From the NCBI RefSeq assembly GCF_039654945.1, contig NW_027361934.1, positions 434,001-498,000 of the forward strand: DNA of 64,000 bases, given 5' to 3'. The position numbers were made by a program, and so were the translations under genes. The DNA comes from Dendrobates tinctorius. Lineage: Eukaryota. The notes beneath the pieces were generated by a model. It had not been told where the DNA came from. It made no database searches and worked only from the letters and a program-made list of their open reading frames with translations. Of the stretch, positions 51,413-64,000 are shown one piece after another; the first letter of the stretch is position 1, and the number at the start of each line of letters is the position of its first letter.

Positions 51413-52469
51413 CGCAGGAGACGGGCCCAGATCATGGCAACCAGGTGACTAATGTACACAACAGGGAGGACCCCGGGGATCGCATGGCGGAGTCACATCG
51501 CTGACCACCAGGGAGACGGCAGAGACGATAAATTAACCAGCAGCCTTCATTATTCATTAACTCCGTCAGCAGGAGATGCCGACATCACGGGTGGCGAGGA
51601 CAGCGACCGCATGTGGCCCTCAAGATCCAGCCATGGAGCCCCCATAATGTGGGGGAATCACATAAGTAACAATTCCAGAACATTACGGGCATCGCTTTAT
51701 GTTATCCCATACAGGGCGGCTTTGAGCTCGCTCCGGGGGTCTCACCTCGCCATATGTATACAGGGGACAGCAGCAATTAAAGGGGTTGTCCATTACTAAG
51801 ACCACCCCGCCTCAATCCCCTTCGTAAGATAATAAGACCTATACTCACCTCCATCGCAGCCGCCGCCGGGCCTGGGGGGGTCTCTCCCTGTGCCGCCATC
51901 TTTGCACTCCCGTAAAGCCCAGCATTAGAGAGGACGAAATTCACGATAAAGTACAACATTACTCCAGTGTGTAGTACAAGCGATCAGAGGGCCACGTCAT
52001 CTAGGGGAAAGAAAAAATAAAGAGAAAAATAATAATAAAAAAAAAAAAGTCATAAAAGTTTAAATCTTTTTCTTTTTACATCAATAGTAAAATAATGATA
52101 AAAAATATCTCTGGTGGTCTCGCCATGTGCATAAAAATCCGATGTAAAAAAAAGAAAAGAAATAATCATAAAACAATAAAAAGAAATAAAAAGAAATCCA
52201 GAATCGCTATTGGTCGGTTGCAGCACTTCTTCCCCCACCCAAAAAAAGGGATAAAAATGGTGTAATACACCTTAAAATGGTACCATGAAAAAATGCAGAA
52301 AAATAAAAAAAATATGTTCACAGAGGTCTGATTTTTATCAGTCACTAAAATATATAAAGAGGACAGGGCATTTTTTCTTTTTTTAGGAAAGCGTCCTACA
52401 TTTATCTCCTACATTCAGGTATATGTGGCAATACTATTTCATCACCTACTGCAACTTCTGGCACTTTGC

Positions 52470-52662
52470 CCTTAACCAATATGGCCGCTCCGCCTCTTTT
52501 GCGTTGCGCCGTCACGTTCTCCCTCTTGCCTTCTCCTTTACGTGCCAGCCCTCCGCTCCGTTGTTATGACGACACGGTCGTAAAGTCGCCATTTTGTGTT
52601 GTTTTGCTGCCGCTGTGCGCTCTCGTTCGTTGCGACAGAAGGAGGAGAAGAGCCGGCGAGGG
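52470..52662 (+). promoter_or_regulatory. E4F1 CpG-rich promoter and 5' UTR
   Basis: CpG-dense; YY1-like CGCCATTTT ~52588; ZNF143-type ACTACAACTCCCAGCA in intron 1 at 54035-54050. Confidence 0.55.
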
Positions 52663-55600
52663 ATGAGCTCGGAGCCGGAGGAGGGAGACGCGGTGACTGT
52701 GCCCAGCGGTCTGGTCATCCCCTGCCTCCCCGCGGGGCCGCTCATCAGCCGCTTCAAGGAGGAAGGTGAGAAGACCCGGGGCCCCCATATTGTGCGGGTC
52801 CTCCCCTGCAGGGCCACAACCAGTGCACCTGTGAGGAGAGGGCAGCCATGGCTCCCTGACCCCACGGCAGGCATTAACCCTTTCAGCACCAGGACAGTTT
52901 TCCTTTTTTTGAGGCTTTTATTTTTCCCCTCGCCTTCCAGGAGCCATAGATTTTTTTTCCTTTTTTTTCCTTTTTTTTCTCTTTTTTTTCTCCTTTTTTT
53001 TTATTCCTTTTTTTTTTCCTTTACCCATTTTTTTTCTCCTTTTTTTATTCCTTTTTTTTTTTTTTTTTCCTTTACCCCTTTTTTTTCTCCTTTTTTATTC
53101 CTTTTTTTTCTCCTTTTTTTTTCTCCTTTTTTTATTCCTTTTTTATTCCTTTTTTTTTTTTTCCTTTACCCCTTTTTTTTCTCCTTTTTTATTCCTTTAC
53201 CCCTTTTTTTTCTCCTTTTTTATTCCTTTTTTTTTCCTTTACCCCTTTTTTTTCTCCTTTTTTATTCTTTTTTTTTCCATTACCCCTTTTTTTTCCTCCT
53301 TTTTTTATTCTTTTTTTTTCCTTTACCCCTTTTTTCCTCCTTTTTTTATTCTTTTTTTCTCCTTTACCCCTTTTTTATTCCTTTTTTTTTCCTTTACCCC
53401 TTTTTTTTCTCCTTTTTTATTCCTTTTTTTTCTCCTTTACCCCTTTTTTATTCCTTTTTTTTTCCCCTTTTTTCTTATTCCTTTTTTTTTCTCTCTTTTT
53501 TTTTTTTTTTTTTTTCTTTTGTATTGGATACAGATGAAATCATTTTATAGTTTGCTCGTATGTGGAAAAATATATATTTTATTTTTTTCGTTGTCATTTT
53601 TAATTGAACCAGCGATCAGTATACCATACAAATCGATCACCGTCTCCTATCGACCCCAGTCTGTGGCTTGACTTCGCAAGAGTACCAAGATCGCGGCAAC
53701 CAGGGGTCTTTCCGAATGCCCCACCCCGGGACTGCATTGATGACCCATCAGCACTCGTGTGACAGCCATTAAAATTGCTGCCGCCAGTGATTGACAGCGG
53801 CATTTATATGGTTAAACAGAGATCTCGTTGCTGTTAGGAGGCAGGTGCTTCATGTGCCTAAAATGGTCATTAATGGGTTAAACGGAGTGTGTGCAGATAT
53901 AGATGGAGATTATATACGTACACACTGTGTGTATGTAATTATATATAATATAATTTAACCCATTAATTATCAATATTTGCCTGATACATGTAGGCTCTTT
54001 GTAGTGCAGTATTTTTCTTTTTAGATGATGGCACACTACAACTCCCAGCATTTCTTGGGTTTGCTGAGCTCAGAGAGGGAGCTCTCTGCAGTGGATCTAA
54101 GGTCCGTATTGTGGTTTGGTTCACATTTCCGTTTTCCGTTTCCTTTTTTTTTTTTTTTTCCGTCTTCTCTTTTTTTGTTTAATTTTTAATGTGAGAGAAC
54201 TTGGATTCGAATTTGGATATTTTATTTTTTTTACTTTTTTAGTCGTCTTTGGGTGTTTTAACCCTGCGATCGTCAGATCACTTATACCACGTACTGTAAT
54301 AATATATAATAAAAATCGCCGTTTCCTATAAAGCTCAGCCTGTAGCAGCAGCGGCTGCGACCGATGTGAACAAAGATGGTCAGAAGAAAAAAAATAACAT
54401 TTTTAAGGCTGCATTGAATGAATTTTAGGCGTGGATTAGAAGTCTTTTTATATTTCTGACTTAGTCTCTTTTTGTTCTTGCTGGTCGCAGATGAAGATGT
54501 GCATAGATGTGGTCGCTGTCAGGCTGAATTCACGAGCTTGGAAGAGTTTGTCCAGCACAAGATTCAAAAAGCCTGTCAGCGGGACCTGGATGAAAGCTTC
54601 GAGTCCTCCATATCTGTCCTCAGCAGCCAAGAGGTAAAGGGGATGTATTGCATCTAGGGAAGACTCTTCACAGCGTAACCCCCCTCTCAGGACAGATTTT
54701 TACATCCGATTTTCAGTACTGCCTTATGATTTACAGGGCATCTTTTTTGAGACAACCAATTTTATTAATGCAGTTTTTGGGTGGTCATCTGAAATTAGTC
54801 TTTCTATACTTAAAGCCCCCCCCCCTACACTGTCTGCTGAAACCATCAATATCGACGCGTTCAGACGACTTTCTAATGCATATGGGAGCCCCCGACAGAT
54901 TATTTCTGATGGGGGGGGGGGGTCCCCACATGCTGATCCTCTTGTTCTCTAATAGATAGCCCACCGCCAGAGATTGGTGTCGGCACCCCCTCTTAGAGAG
55001 CAGGAGCAATCTGCCGAGTGAATGGAAGTTGGAGGGGGGAAGCTGTAGGCCAATCCAGCGTTCAGCCATCTAAAGTGTATGGGGGCAACTTCTATCCCCC
55101 AAAGCTATTTATATGACTGTTTGGCCCTTTATGCGTCATCAGCAAGATATGTGTCTTGAAGTCGGATCTGTTAGTTCAGGGTTCCCCAACTCCAGTCCTC
55201 AAGGCCCACCAACAGGTCATGTTTTCAGGATTTCCCTTGTATTGTCAGTTGAAGCAATTGTCACCTGGGCAATACTAAGGAAATCCTGAAAACATGTGTT
55301 AGTTCATTGAGGGGAGATGATGCTCCTGCAACTCCTCGGCCTCCCCTGGATGACTGACAGGTTGTTTGCTCTGATACACTGACTAGCAGGCAACGAGTCA
55401 GAAGAGAGTGCGACTAGTTTGGGAATACGGGTGAGCGGATGCTGAGGAGCTAGAAGCGTCGCCATGCCCCAATGTACCTCCAGTCTTCACTTCAGCCATT
55501 ATTCGCTGCTGACTTTTGGGTGATAGAGGGATAGACTGGCTTATCTCATAAACAGCTCATTCAACATATAATAGTCTAAAGCTGGAGTCACACATGGCAA

Positions 55601-58600
55601 CTTACCAGCGATCCCGACAACGATATCAACGTGTCAGGATCGCTGGTAAGTCGCTATGTGATCGCTGGGGAGCTGTCAAACAGCTTCACCAGCGATTAGC
55701 GCAGTGATGCCGAGCGCGCGGCATCGCTGTGTTCGTTAGCGCTGATGCCATATTCATGTCAAAAATAGAATTAAAATAAAAAATATTGTTCTCACCTTTC
55801 GACGTCCGGCGCAGCATTCCCGCCTCTCTCCACGCTCCGGTCCCAGTAATCCTTTGCGAGAATTACCGCAATGACGTCCGTTCTCGCGGGATCGCGAAGT
55901 CTCGCGGGATCGCGAAGTCTCGCGGTCATTCTTGCAAAGGCTTACTGGGACCGGGAGCGTGGAGAGAGGCAGGAAGACTGCGCGGGACGCCGGAAGGTGA
56001 GAATAACAATATTTTTTAATTATTTTACAGCTGATCGCTGGTCTCCCGCCTGTCACACGCAGCGATGCGTGCTGGCCAGCGGGAGATCAGCGACGAAAAA
56101 AATGTCCAGAGGTTTCTTGCAGCGATCAGCGATACCGGCAGGGGGGCTTATCGCTGTCACACACACCGATCTCGCTGGTGAGATCGCAGTTGTGTCACAA
56201 AAGTTGTGACTCGGCAGCGATCTCGCTAGCGAGATTGCTATGTGTGACAGGGCCTTAATGTACATAGTGCAGTTATCTGTTCTGTAGAGATTACCTCCAC
56301 AGTCATCTCATTATCACAACAGACAGGATTACAATCACTGATAACACCTCTAAATATAAAATGGATAGCTCATTATCCACCATTCACAATAGGAATGTCA
56401 CAGCTCACCTCCTCCTCCTGTACAATGACTGATAACACCTCTATATAAAGGAGATAACACAGGAACCACCATTCACAATAGGGGATGTCACAGCTCACCT
56501 CAGTGTAATGTGCTTGGGGTCCTGTCAGGGGAGGGAAGGATACGGCATGTTGAGTTTCTGTGATCCTTTTCTTTTCTCCCTGGAGAAAGTTTTGCAGGAA
56601 GATCCTAGGAGCGTTGCATTCTTGTTTGGGGTCCAGCATTCTTGTATGGGGGAGCCAGGAGAGAGATCTCGACAGTTGTTCAGCTGACAGTTATCTAATG
56701 TGTACAGGAGCCTTACACAGCAAAGCTTTTGAGCGCAGATTAGGCTCAGTTCACATTATGTTGATGTCAGGAGCACCTTTCTGCTTTTATTTTCAGCAAA
56801 GGCCTCTGTCTCTCATCTTACCTACTGGACATGTAGGTTTGGAGCTTCTCACCACATACCAACACAGTAAATGTCTTGGGGGGGGGGGGGGCGCAACACC
56901 ACTCTAAATTCACCTGCTGGATCTCCAGACTTTCTGGATTATTGAATGACTAATGGATTTTCTTGTATTCGCTTGGGACCTATGAGGTAATAAATGTCAT
57001 GTGTTTGTCACAGCAGGTGGTGCCGTGTATTGAAGAAGATGACGTGGACATCTCCCACGTGGTTGTGGAGACGAGCTCCTTACAGGAGGAGATGAGCAGC
57101 TCTCCGGATATTGGTACGGCTCCGCACCAGCATCTAATGTCCCAGCAGGATCCTGCTGTCGGCCTCTTACATTTATTTCCTATCTCAGCGATATCCGAAG
57201 AAGTTAAGATTGTCTCCAGCGAGGACAGTATGGTGGGCATCCAAAGGGGCGACCTTCTGGGAATGGAGGTGGACTGGCAGGAAGGCCCCGAGGTGCCCAT
57301 ACAGACTGACGACTCTCACCTGGTGAAGATGATTGTGGATGAGAGAGGCCGCTTTATTTGTCAGACTTGTGAGAAGACCTTTAAAAGCGTAGGTGTTTTT
57401 GGGCTGTCCGTACAGTAGAGCTTTGATCCTTGAGGACCCCCGCATGTTTGATGTCCTCCGCTTCCTTTCTAGTGCACCATCCTGAAGGCTCACATGCTGA
57501 CACACAGCACCAAGAAGGACTTTCAGTGCAAGCTGTGCGCGGATTCATTCAGGACCAAGGGCTCCCTCATCCGCCACATCAGGAGGCACACCGGTAAGAG
57601 GGAAGGAAGAGGGCTGCGCCAGGGACCACTGCTCCTTCACTGGCCTGTGTGAACTATGGTGTAGGCAGAACAATGATCGGCCACTGCTAATAGCTGACAT
57701 GTAACAAACTCCCCATACACAGGAACAGGACGGAGTAATCTGTTGTCAGGAGCTTATTTTCCTAATAAATCTAATGTGTTAGGCCACCATTAAAAGGGTT
57801 TGTCTCGCCAGTTTGACGGTGGGGACAGTTACAAAACACATTAGGCCTCTTTCACACTTCCGTTTTTTACAATCAGTCACAATCCGCCAGGTTTTGAAAA
57901 AAACGGATCCTCAAATTTTTTTTGAGGATCCGTTTTTTTCCCCATTGACTTGCATTAATGGCGGATTGTGACGGATTGCTGTCCGTTGCAACCGTTTTTT
58001 TTGAGGATCCGCCAAAAATTGCTGTCCGTCACCATCCTCAAAGATTTCAAAACGGAGCTTGTAACGTTTTTTTCTGTGGCGGATCCTCCAGACACTCATT
58101 TAACCCGAAATTCGTTCTGGGTGCCGGACAAAAAAAAAAATTCTCTCTCTCTCTCTCTCTCTCTCTTTATATTTCCGCATTTTGCCATCCGTTCACATCA
58201 GTTAACAACGGATCCGCTTCAATGACTTTTTGGCGGATTTCAACTGATGCAAAAAAACTGAAGTGTGAAAGAGGCCTTAGACCGTCAAATGAATCTGCTG
58301 ACCCTGGCAGGCTTGGCCAACAGGCTAATGTGTGGGGGGCCTCCCCGCCTTTCTCGCTGACACTGGTGTCAGGGAAGAGAAGGATCGGCATGTCTGATTT
58401 TTGGACAGCACCTAAAATCTCCCAGGAGCAGCCCTGATATCTGGTGAGAAGGAACAACAAAACGGGGCCAAACTCCTGGGTTGTGGTATACCGAAAGCAG
58501 GATCCAAGACCGTCTGCAGCTCTTTCCACTAAATCAGCGCTGCCGCGTGTTTTCTTAAGCTGTTGCCGAATAGTCACTGTTCGGTAACGGCTTAAGAAAA

Positions 58601-61600
58601 TACATCACTCTGAAATATAACGTGCCTGTATGGGGGTTGTGTCAACAGCACATGTAACAGCTGCAGACTGTAATTTTGGCGTTATCCACTTTGAATGGTC
58701 AGCAAAAGGGGGTGCAATTTAGAAAGCTCCATTTTTCTTTCTATGGAAACATCGTTTTCATTTCTGGTCTCCTGTTTTTTCTATACGTTCTTACCAGACG
58801 AACGCCCATACAGCTGTTCAAAGTGCGGGAAGAGTTTCCGAGAGTCGGGGGCATTAACGAGGCATATGAGGTCTCTGACACCCTGCACAGAGAAGATCAG
58901 CCATGTCATGGGAAACAGCATCGTCCTGAAACGTGATGCAAACTCATCAGGTCTGTGCACATCAAAGACTCATTTCTTATGCACTAGAGGGGGTCTCCCA
59001 ACCAGTGAGCGCTTTCCTATATTCTTATTTTCTTGGCTTGTATGATGATGGGGTGATGGTGCCAGATTTTGTAATGTTTGTCCACTGCATTTTTTACTGT
59101 TCCAGTGTGAATTGAGTTTTCCGTCTTTCCCTGTTGCAGTTTTAGTATCTACAGACGTCACGTCGCACTTGGGAACCGATGAACTAGACGGCAGCCCGGT
59201 GATCCAACTAGTGACAGACGAGAAGGGCAACCTACTGCATGAGATTCATGTCCAGGTGCGAGCTGTGGCTTTCAAAACAGGGGTGAGTAGTGATTTTCCT
59301 GTAAAGTGTCAAAACAAGTCTCCTGACGTCGAGACGCCGCAGTCGTTCCAGTCGCAGCTTTGTCAGTAGTGTGTTTGTTTTGACATGCAGGGAAGATGGA
59401 GACAGACAGTGATAATGCATTTTATGCAGGGGGCTACGTGGTGTCACTAGTAATACGCTGTAGGGTATCAAGGTGTGATGATATCCGCTGATATCTGTTG
59501 TTTTTTTTTTCCAATAGATAGATGGTATACTGAACAAGGACGCAGAGGATCTCCAGTGTCCAGAGTGTGGGGAAATTTGCAAGAGTGGCAACTCCTTAAA
59601 GGTCCATCTGAAAGGACATGAAGGTAAAGCATCATTTGCTATGCCTACCCTGAGTACTCAGAGCCTGCGGTCAGGATAGATGGGTGAAAACACAGAAATT
59701 GGTGTGATAAAGTCACAGAAAAGCCCCTTGACGTTCTGAAAAAAAGCACTTTCTGCCCCGTGGTTCATCACCTCACCCTTCTCAGCCACAACTTATCGTG
59801 ACTGTATTTTCTCGTTCACCATGGCCACAATTCCTGTCTTGATCGCGGGTATTGTGACCTGAACTAACAACGTCCCATCACTTGCAATTCAGCTGGAATA
59901 ACATTTTGTCAGTCTGCATTTTACTGCAAGAGAGATGGACACCGTGGTGAAACCAGGTAATTAATCTCCGCTTGTCTCTGCAGGGTGCAAGCTGTTTCGC
60001 TGCGAAGAGTGCAGCCGCGAATTCTTGAAGGCTCACATGCTGAAAAAGCATCAAGAATCCCACGGCAATATCCGTAAATACAGATGCGGAGAATGTGGGA
60101 AGATGTACAAAACAATAGCGCACGTCAAGGGCCACATGAGGGTACACTCTGATGACCGGCCTTACTCTTGTCCAAAGTGTGGGAAAAAATACAAAACGAA
60201 GGTGAAAAGGGGCAGGGGTGGTGGTGGTAGCTGTTTGTTTTACATATTCTGTCCCCATGGCAAAGTTTAATCAATTTTTTTCTATTCTATAAGCTCCTTG
60301 TATTTGCCTCTTGTCACAGAACGCTCAGCAAGTTCATTTACGCACCCACATGGAAGACAAACCGTACGTGTGCCAGTACTGCCCCCATAGCTTTAGGGAG
60401 AAGGGATCCTTGGTGCGTCACATCAGGCACCACACGGGTGAGAAACCATTCAAGTGTCCTAGATGCGGTCGAGGATTTGCAGAGCACGGAACGTTAAACC
60501 GCCACATGAAGACCAAAGGCAAGTGTGCGCATCTACGTCATGTCGTGTCCCCGACTTTGATGCGGGCACCAGGGCTGAGCCCACATCTTTCCCCACACAT
60601 GACAGCTGACTTGGAAAAAAAATTCTGATTATCACCTATGTTTGGTATCTGCACACTCGCACTGACCTGATGAATCATATTCATATTGCAGGTTAGTTTT
60701 TAGTAAACATGATAAATGAAAAAAGAAACTATGGAATTGCAGTTTTACTACACTTGAATTTTTCTTTTCCTCTTTTCAGCACACTATATGGTATTATCAA
60801 TGGTGTTGTTTAAAAGTTATTGCTCTTGCAATAAGGGGAGGGAAAAAAACGGCCATGGTGTCAGTGGGTTAAAGGGTATGTTTGGCGCCTCATTTCCTCA
60901 TCCGGGGGGGGGGGGGGGGGGGTTTACATACCTACCAGGATGCGCTCACAATAGGCACAATGTCATTGACACCGCGCACCTCCTAATGTGGAAATGAGTG
61001 GTTTTGAACGTACCTCACAGATCACTGTATTGCAACAATATCTTGTTTTTTTTCTAGGGGGGCTCACTGTCCCTGTTTCTTCTCTTTTCTCCAGGGGGCT
61101 GTGTGATTCTTCAGCTGGACACAGATCAGACTGAACAAACGGCGACTGAAAACAGCAATAGTTCGGAGGCCATGAGCAGCACAACGGCCTCCGAGGAGCC
61201 GCACACGATGCTGGTGGAGTTTTCTTCAGTGGTCGCCGATACTCAGGAATATATTATTGAGGTATTTACTAGTAAACTGAAACAAAATACTATATTCTGT
61301 GTTCAAGAGTTTCTGAAGCAGCGGCCCGGAGGGGACACTTGGTAATGTAGTACAAGTGGTGGCCAGCATTTAGTTTTGTCCTTTTTCTTTTTTTATTTTC
61401 TCCTCATACACAGACTTCTGAAGAAATAGAAACTAGTGAGGCGGCTGAGCTGCTGCAGAGCACAGGAACGCAGGAGGTGAGTGGCAGTACTATTATAGAT
61501 GGTGGCATTTCAGCCACACTCGATGCTAATAGGAAAGGACCCCAGACATATTACAAAAAAGTCGACTCAACGCACCAAGGTTGGAGGGATCGACCAACTA

Positions 61601-62166
61601 TCTAAAGTATATGGGGGGCCTTGTTTGATGATGTTAAGGTCCAATGACTGAAGCGTCTGGTCAATGGCGCTGCTCACTAATAACCAAGACCCTTCATCCT
61701 TAAAACTGGAAGGGGTCCCAGAGGTCAGGCCCTATGTGATTTACTCCCTGCCAGATTTGTTTTATTTTTAGGACGAGTAGGGAGTAAGATATTATATGGG
61801 CTGGTTTTTTTTTTCCTGTTTGCTCACTGAGCCTTCTTGCCTTTGCAGGTGGACGGCCATATTCTGAATGTAGTCCAGCAGCTGGTGACCAGCGCCCACC
61901 CGGGACAACAGATCATTGTCCAAAATGTGACACTGGACGATGATGACACTACTGAGCCCTGCATCGAGGAAGTCCCCACTACAGACACCATAACCATCGC
62001 TACCCCTGAATCTCTGACTGAGCAAGTCGCCCTGACTCTGGCCTCGGCCATAGGAGATGGGGCAGTAATTGCCAATGAAGTTTCTCCCGTGGAGGAAGTA
62101 ATAGTCGCAGAGGACGTGGAGCAGGTTGAAGAGTTTGTCATTGCGGCACAGACAGTTATTGTGTAG
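52663..62166 (+). CDS. E4F1: E4F1 C2H2 zinc-finger transcription factor, ~676 aa, 13 coding exons
   Basis: Exons 52663-52765, 54491-54633 ([29 protein letters not shown]), 57017-57113, 57189-57388, 57473-57593, 58798-58950 ([12 protein letters not shown]), 59140-59282, 59518-59623, 59984-60201, 60320-60518, 61095-61261 ([16 protein letters not shown]), 61414-61476, 61849-62166 ([18 protein letters not shown]). All in phase. Confidence 0.95.
52950..53520. repeat. ~570-bp polypyrimidine low-complexity tract in E4F1 intron 1
   Basis: Almost only T/C, with recurring TTCCTTTACCCC and TTTTATTCC motifs. Confidence 0.9.
55580..56255. mobile_element. PIF/Harbinger-like MITE with a palindromic core
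   Basis: TAA flanks; GTCACACAT/ATGTGTGAC arms; internal inverted repeat ~55780-56015. Confidence 0.7.
57844..58276. mobile_element. PIF/Harbinger-like MITE
   Basis: Perfect TIR GGCCTCTTTCACACTTC/GAAGTGTGAAAGAGGCC; TTA TSD. Confidence 0.8.
60519..61094 (+). other. GC-AG intron in E4F1
   Basis: AAG|GCAAGT donor is required to join RHMKTK to GGCVIL in phase. Confidence 0.8.
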
Positions 62167-63629
62167 CCATCTTGACCTTTTGGGACAAAGCAAGCCAAAT
62201 TTTGTACACTGGTCTGCTGTGCATTTCAACCTTTAGCCTCCACTAGATGGAGCTGTCTATTGGCAAAGGCCTTCATGTTGCAGACTGATGAAGGCCTGAG
62301 ATGATGGTGCCATGTGATGGAGGGGAGATTTTTTTTTTAAGCTACTGGTGCAGTAAAGTGATACTGACCTGTGTTTTCTGAAGTCTGAGGAAGTGGTAAG
62401 TTCAGAATAACACTGGTGCCTTTTGAGCTTTGCATTCTCAGTCATGATCCAGTGTCGGATGTGTTGTCTTCTAATGTCTGTATTGGGGTGGATAGCAGCA
62501 ACTGCCCACCTCAAATCCTTCTCACATTGAGAAACCTAGAAACCTGCAGCTCTTCCCTCACACTTCGGAAGGTAATGGCTGTGTCATACAGGGGAGTGTT
62601 GTACATGCGGCTCCAACAGAGGACTATTCTTAGTAAGCCCCTCACTGCTCTAGGGAGTAGGATCACCATTACAATAGGACAGGGGTGTCATCCCCAAATC
62701 TCCAGCATCCAGGTAGACATGCATACGAGTGCATATGTTACAGGTTTAGGTGACATTTCTGCCTTCTCGGTGATAGGAGCCTTGTAAGAATTGGTTGGTA
62801 GTTTTTAAAGGCCAACCATTGCCTAACACTTGGTAAAATGTCCACAGGTTGATTTAGTAATTCACTCGGAGGTCCCGGCAGAAGACATTCCTCCAAATTA
62901 GCTAAACATTCCTTGTGAAGGCTTCTTATAGGGATTGTTAAAAATCAGACAGACCCTTTAACCAATTAATCTGTGCCAGGGCTGCAGGTCTTTATTGTAT
63001 ATGAGAACACAGCTGTAGGTTCTTTTAATCTTTATGCCACCACCTTTTTAGTTTTCTGCATATAACCGACAGCTACTCCCTTCTCTATCTATGGGACTTG
63101 CCAGAAAAATTCAAGAACAGACCCATAAGAAATGAATGAAGCGGCAGTGGGGCATGTCACTGCAACTACATCTGCTGCTCAGTGAGGGTCCCAGCTGTTA
63201 GACCCACACCAACCTATGTTATCAACCCCTTTAAGAAAGTTTAAAGGGAACCGATCTGGTAGCATATCTCCCTCACCCCCGTAGGCTTACAGGTCTCAGA
63301 GTGTGGTTTGTCTAAATCAATGCAGTGTTTCAAAGTAAAAATTGGCTGAGATAAAGCCAAACTCTGCTTCATGGCACTCGGGTGGCACAAATCCAGTAAC
63401 CGATTCCATTTAAAGAGAAGCCGAACTGCTCTGCCGCGTCTCGGCCTCTTAGGAAAAATCTGGACAAAATCCCTAGTTCTCCTGGATTACAAAAATTACT
63501 AACGGTGTCGCCTGTGTTGTTTGCTTTAAAAGAAAAAAACGTTTCTGTTGGAGGACAGGACCGGATGATTGTAGGCAGCGGTCGGGTATCTAATATATTG
63601 AAGGAAGTGATACTGATGACCAATTCTTA

Positions 63630-63998
63630 GGACGCAGTCAGACGGCTGTATAAATTGGATCACAATGCACAGACTGGCCGACGGCTCTCCTGACCAAACA
63701 TGGCAGCTGCATAGAAATATATGGTGCTGTCATTCTTGGGTCTGGAGAGCTGCCGGATTGACCATACCGTGCTCCAGTTTATATGGCTATCAGATTGCAC
63801 TCTTAAGGCCAGGGTCAAACTTGCGAGGGTGAGGCGAGTCTCTCGCATCAGTTCCCGGCACTGCCGCTGGCACTCAAGACCGGAGTGTGCGGCTGCATAG
63901 AAATACATGCAGCCGCACACTGCGGTCCAAGTGCCGGGTATTGATGGGAGAGACTCAGGCAAGTTTCTCACATCACACTCGCAAATGTGACTTCGGCC
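63630..63998. mobile_element. Two adjacent short Harbinger-like MITEs (63630-63802 and 63807-63998)
   Basis: TTA/TAA flanks; inverted termini GGCCAGGGTCAAACTTGCGAG / CTCGCAAATGTGACTTCGGCC. Confidence 0.55.
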
Positions 63999-64000
63999 TA

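Noticed and set aside
51849-51899. Apparent exon MAAQGETPPGPAAAAME|GTGAGT on the minus strand
   Set aside because: Lies in a TTAAAGGGG-type MITE-like segment where ATACTCACC motifs are common; no homology support. It could still be a non-coding first exon.
52766-53550. Phe-rich tail of the 318-aa ORF 52594-53550
   Set aside because: E4F1 exon 1 read through into an intronic T/C tract.
62167-64000. Next syntenic gene (DNASE1-like) after E4F1
   Set aside because: No recognisable coding exon within the window.

Overview
Eukaryotic genomic DNA, most likely from a frog (inferred from T2/Kolobok-type and Harbinger-type MITEs and the Tc1 families present). It carries the vertebrate gene block MLST8(+), BRICD5(-), PGP(-), E4F1(+), matching human 16p13.3 order. 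I assembled spliced models by hand from GT/AG boundaries and reading phase. Two extra genes are visible. One is a multi-exon TEX47/DYBLUF-like (BLUF-fold, dynein-associated) gene between PGP and E4F1, whose probable first coding exon is interrupted by a ~31-copy 43-bp VNTR. The other is the start of an unidentified type II membrane protein gene running off the left edge. Mobile DNA is abundant: a near-intact piggyBac with an exon-trap layout, four Tc1-like elements (DD34E x2, DD35E, DD38E), a nested Tc1>hAT>(MITE,Tc1) stack, nested solo LTRs, many MITEs and several minisatellites. MLST8 has a U12-type intron and E4F1 has a GC-AG intron. Gene identities rest on recalled homologue motifs, not database searches.
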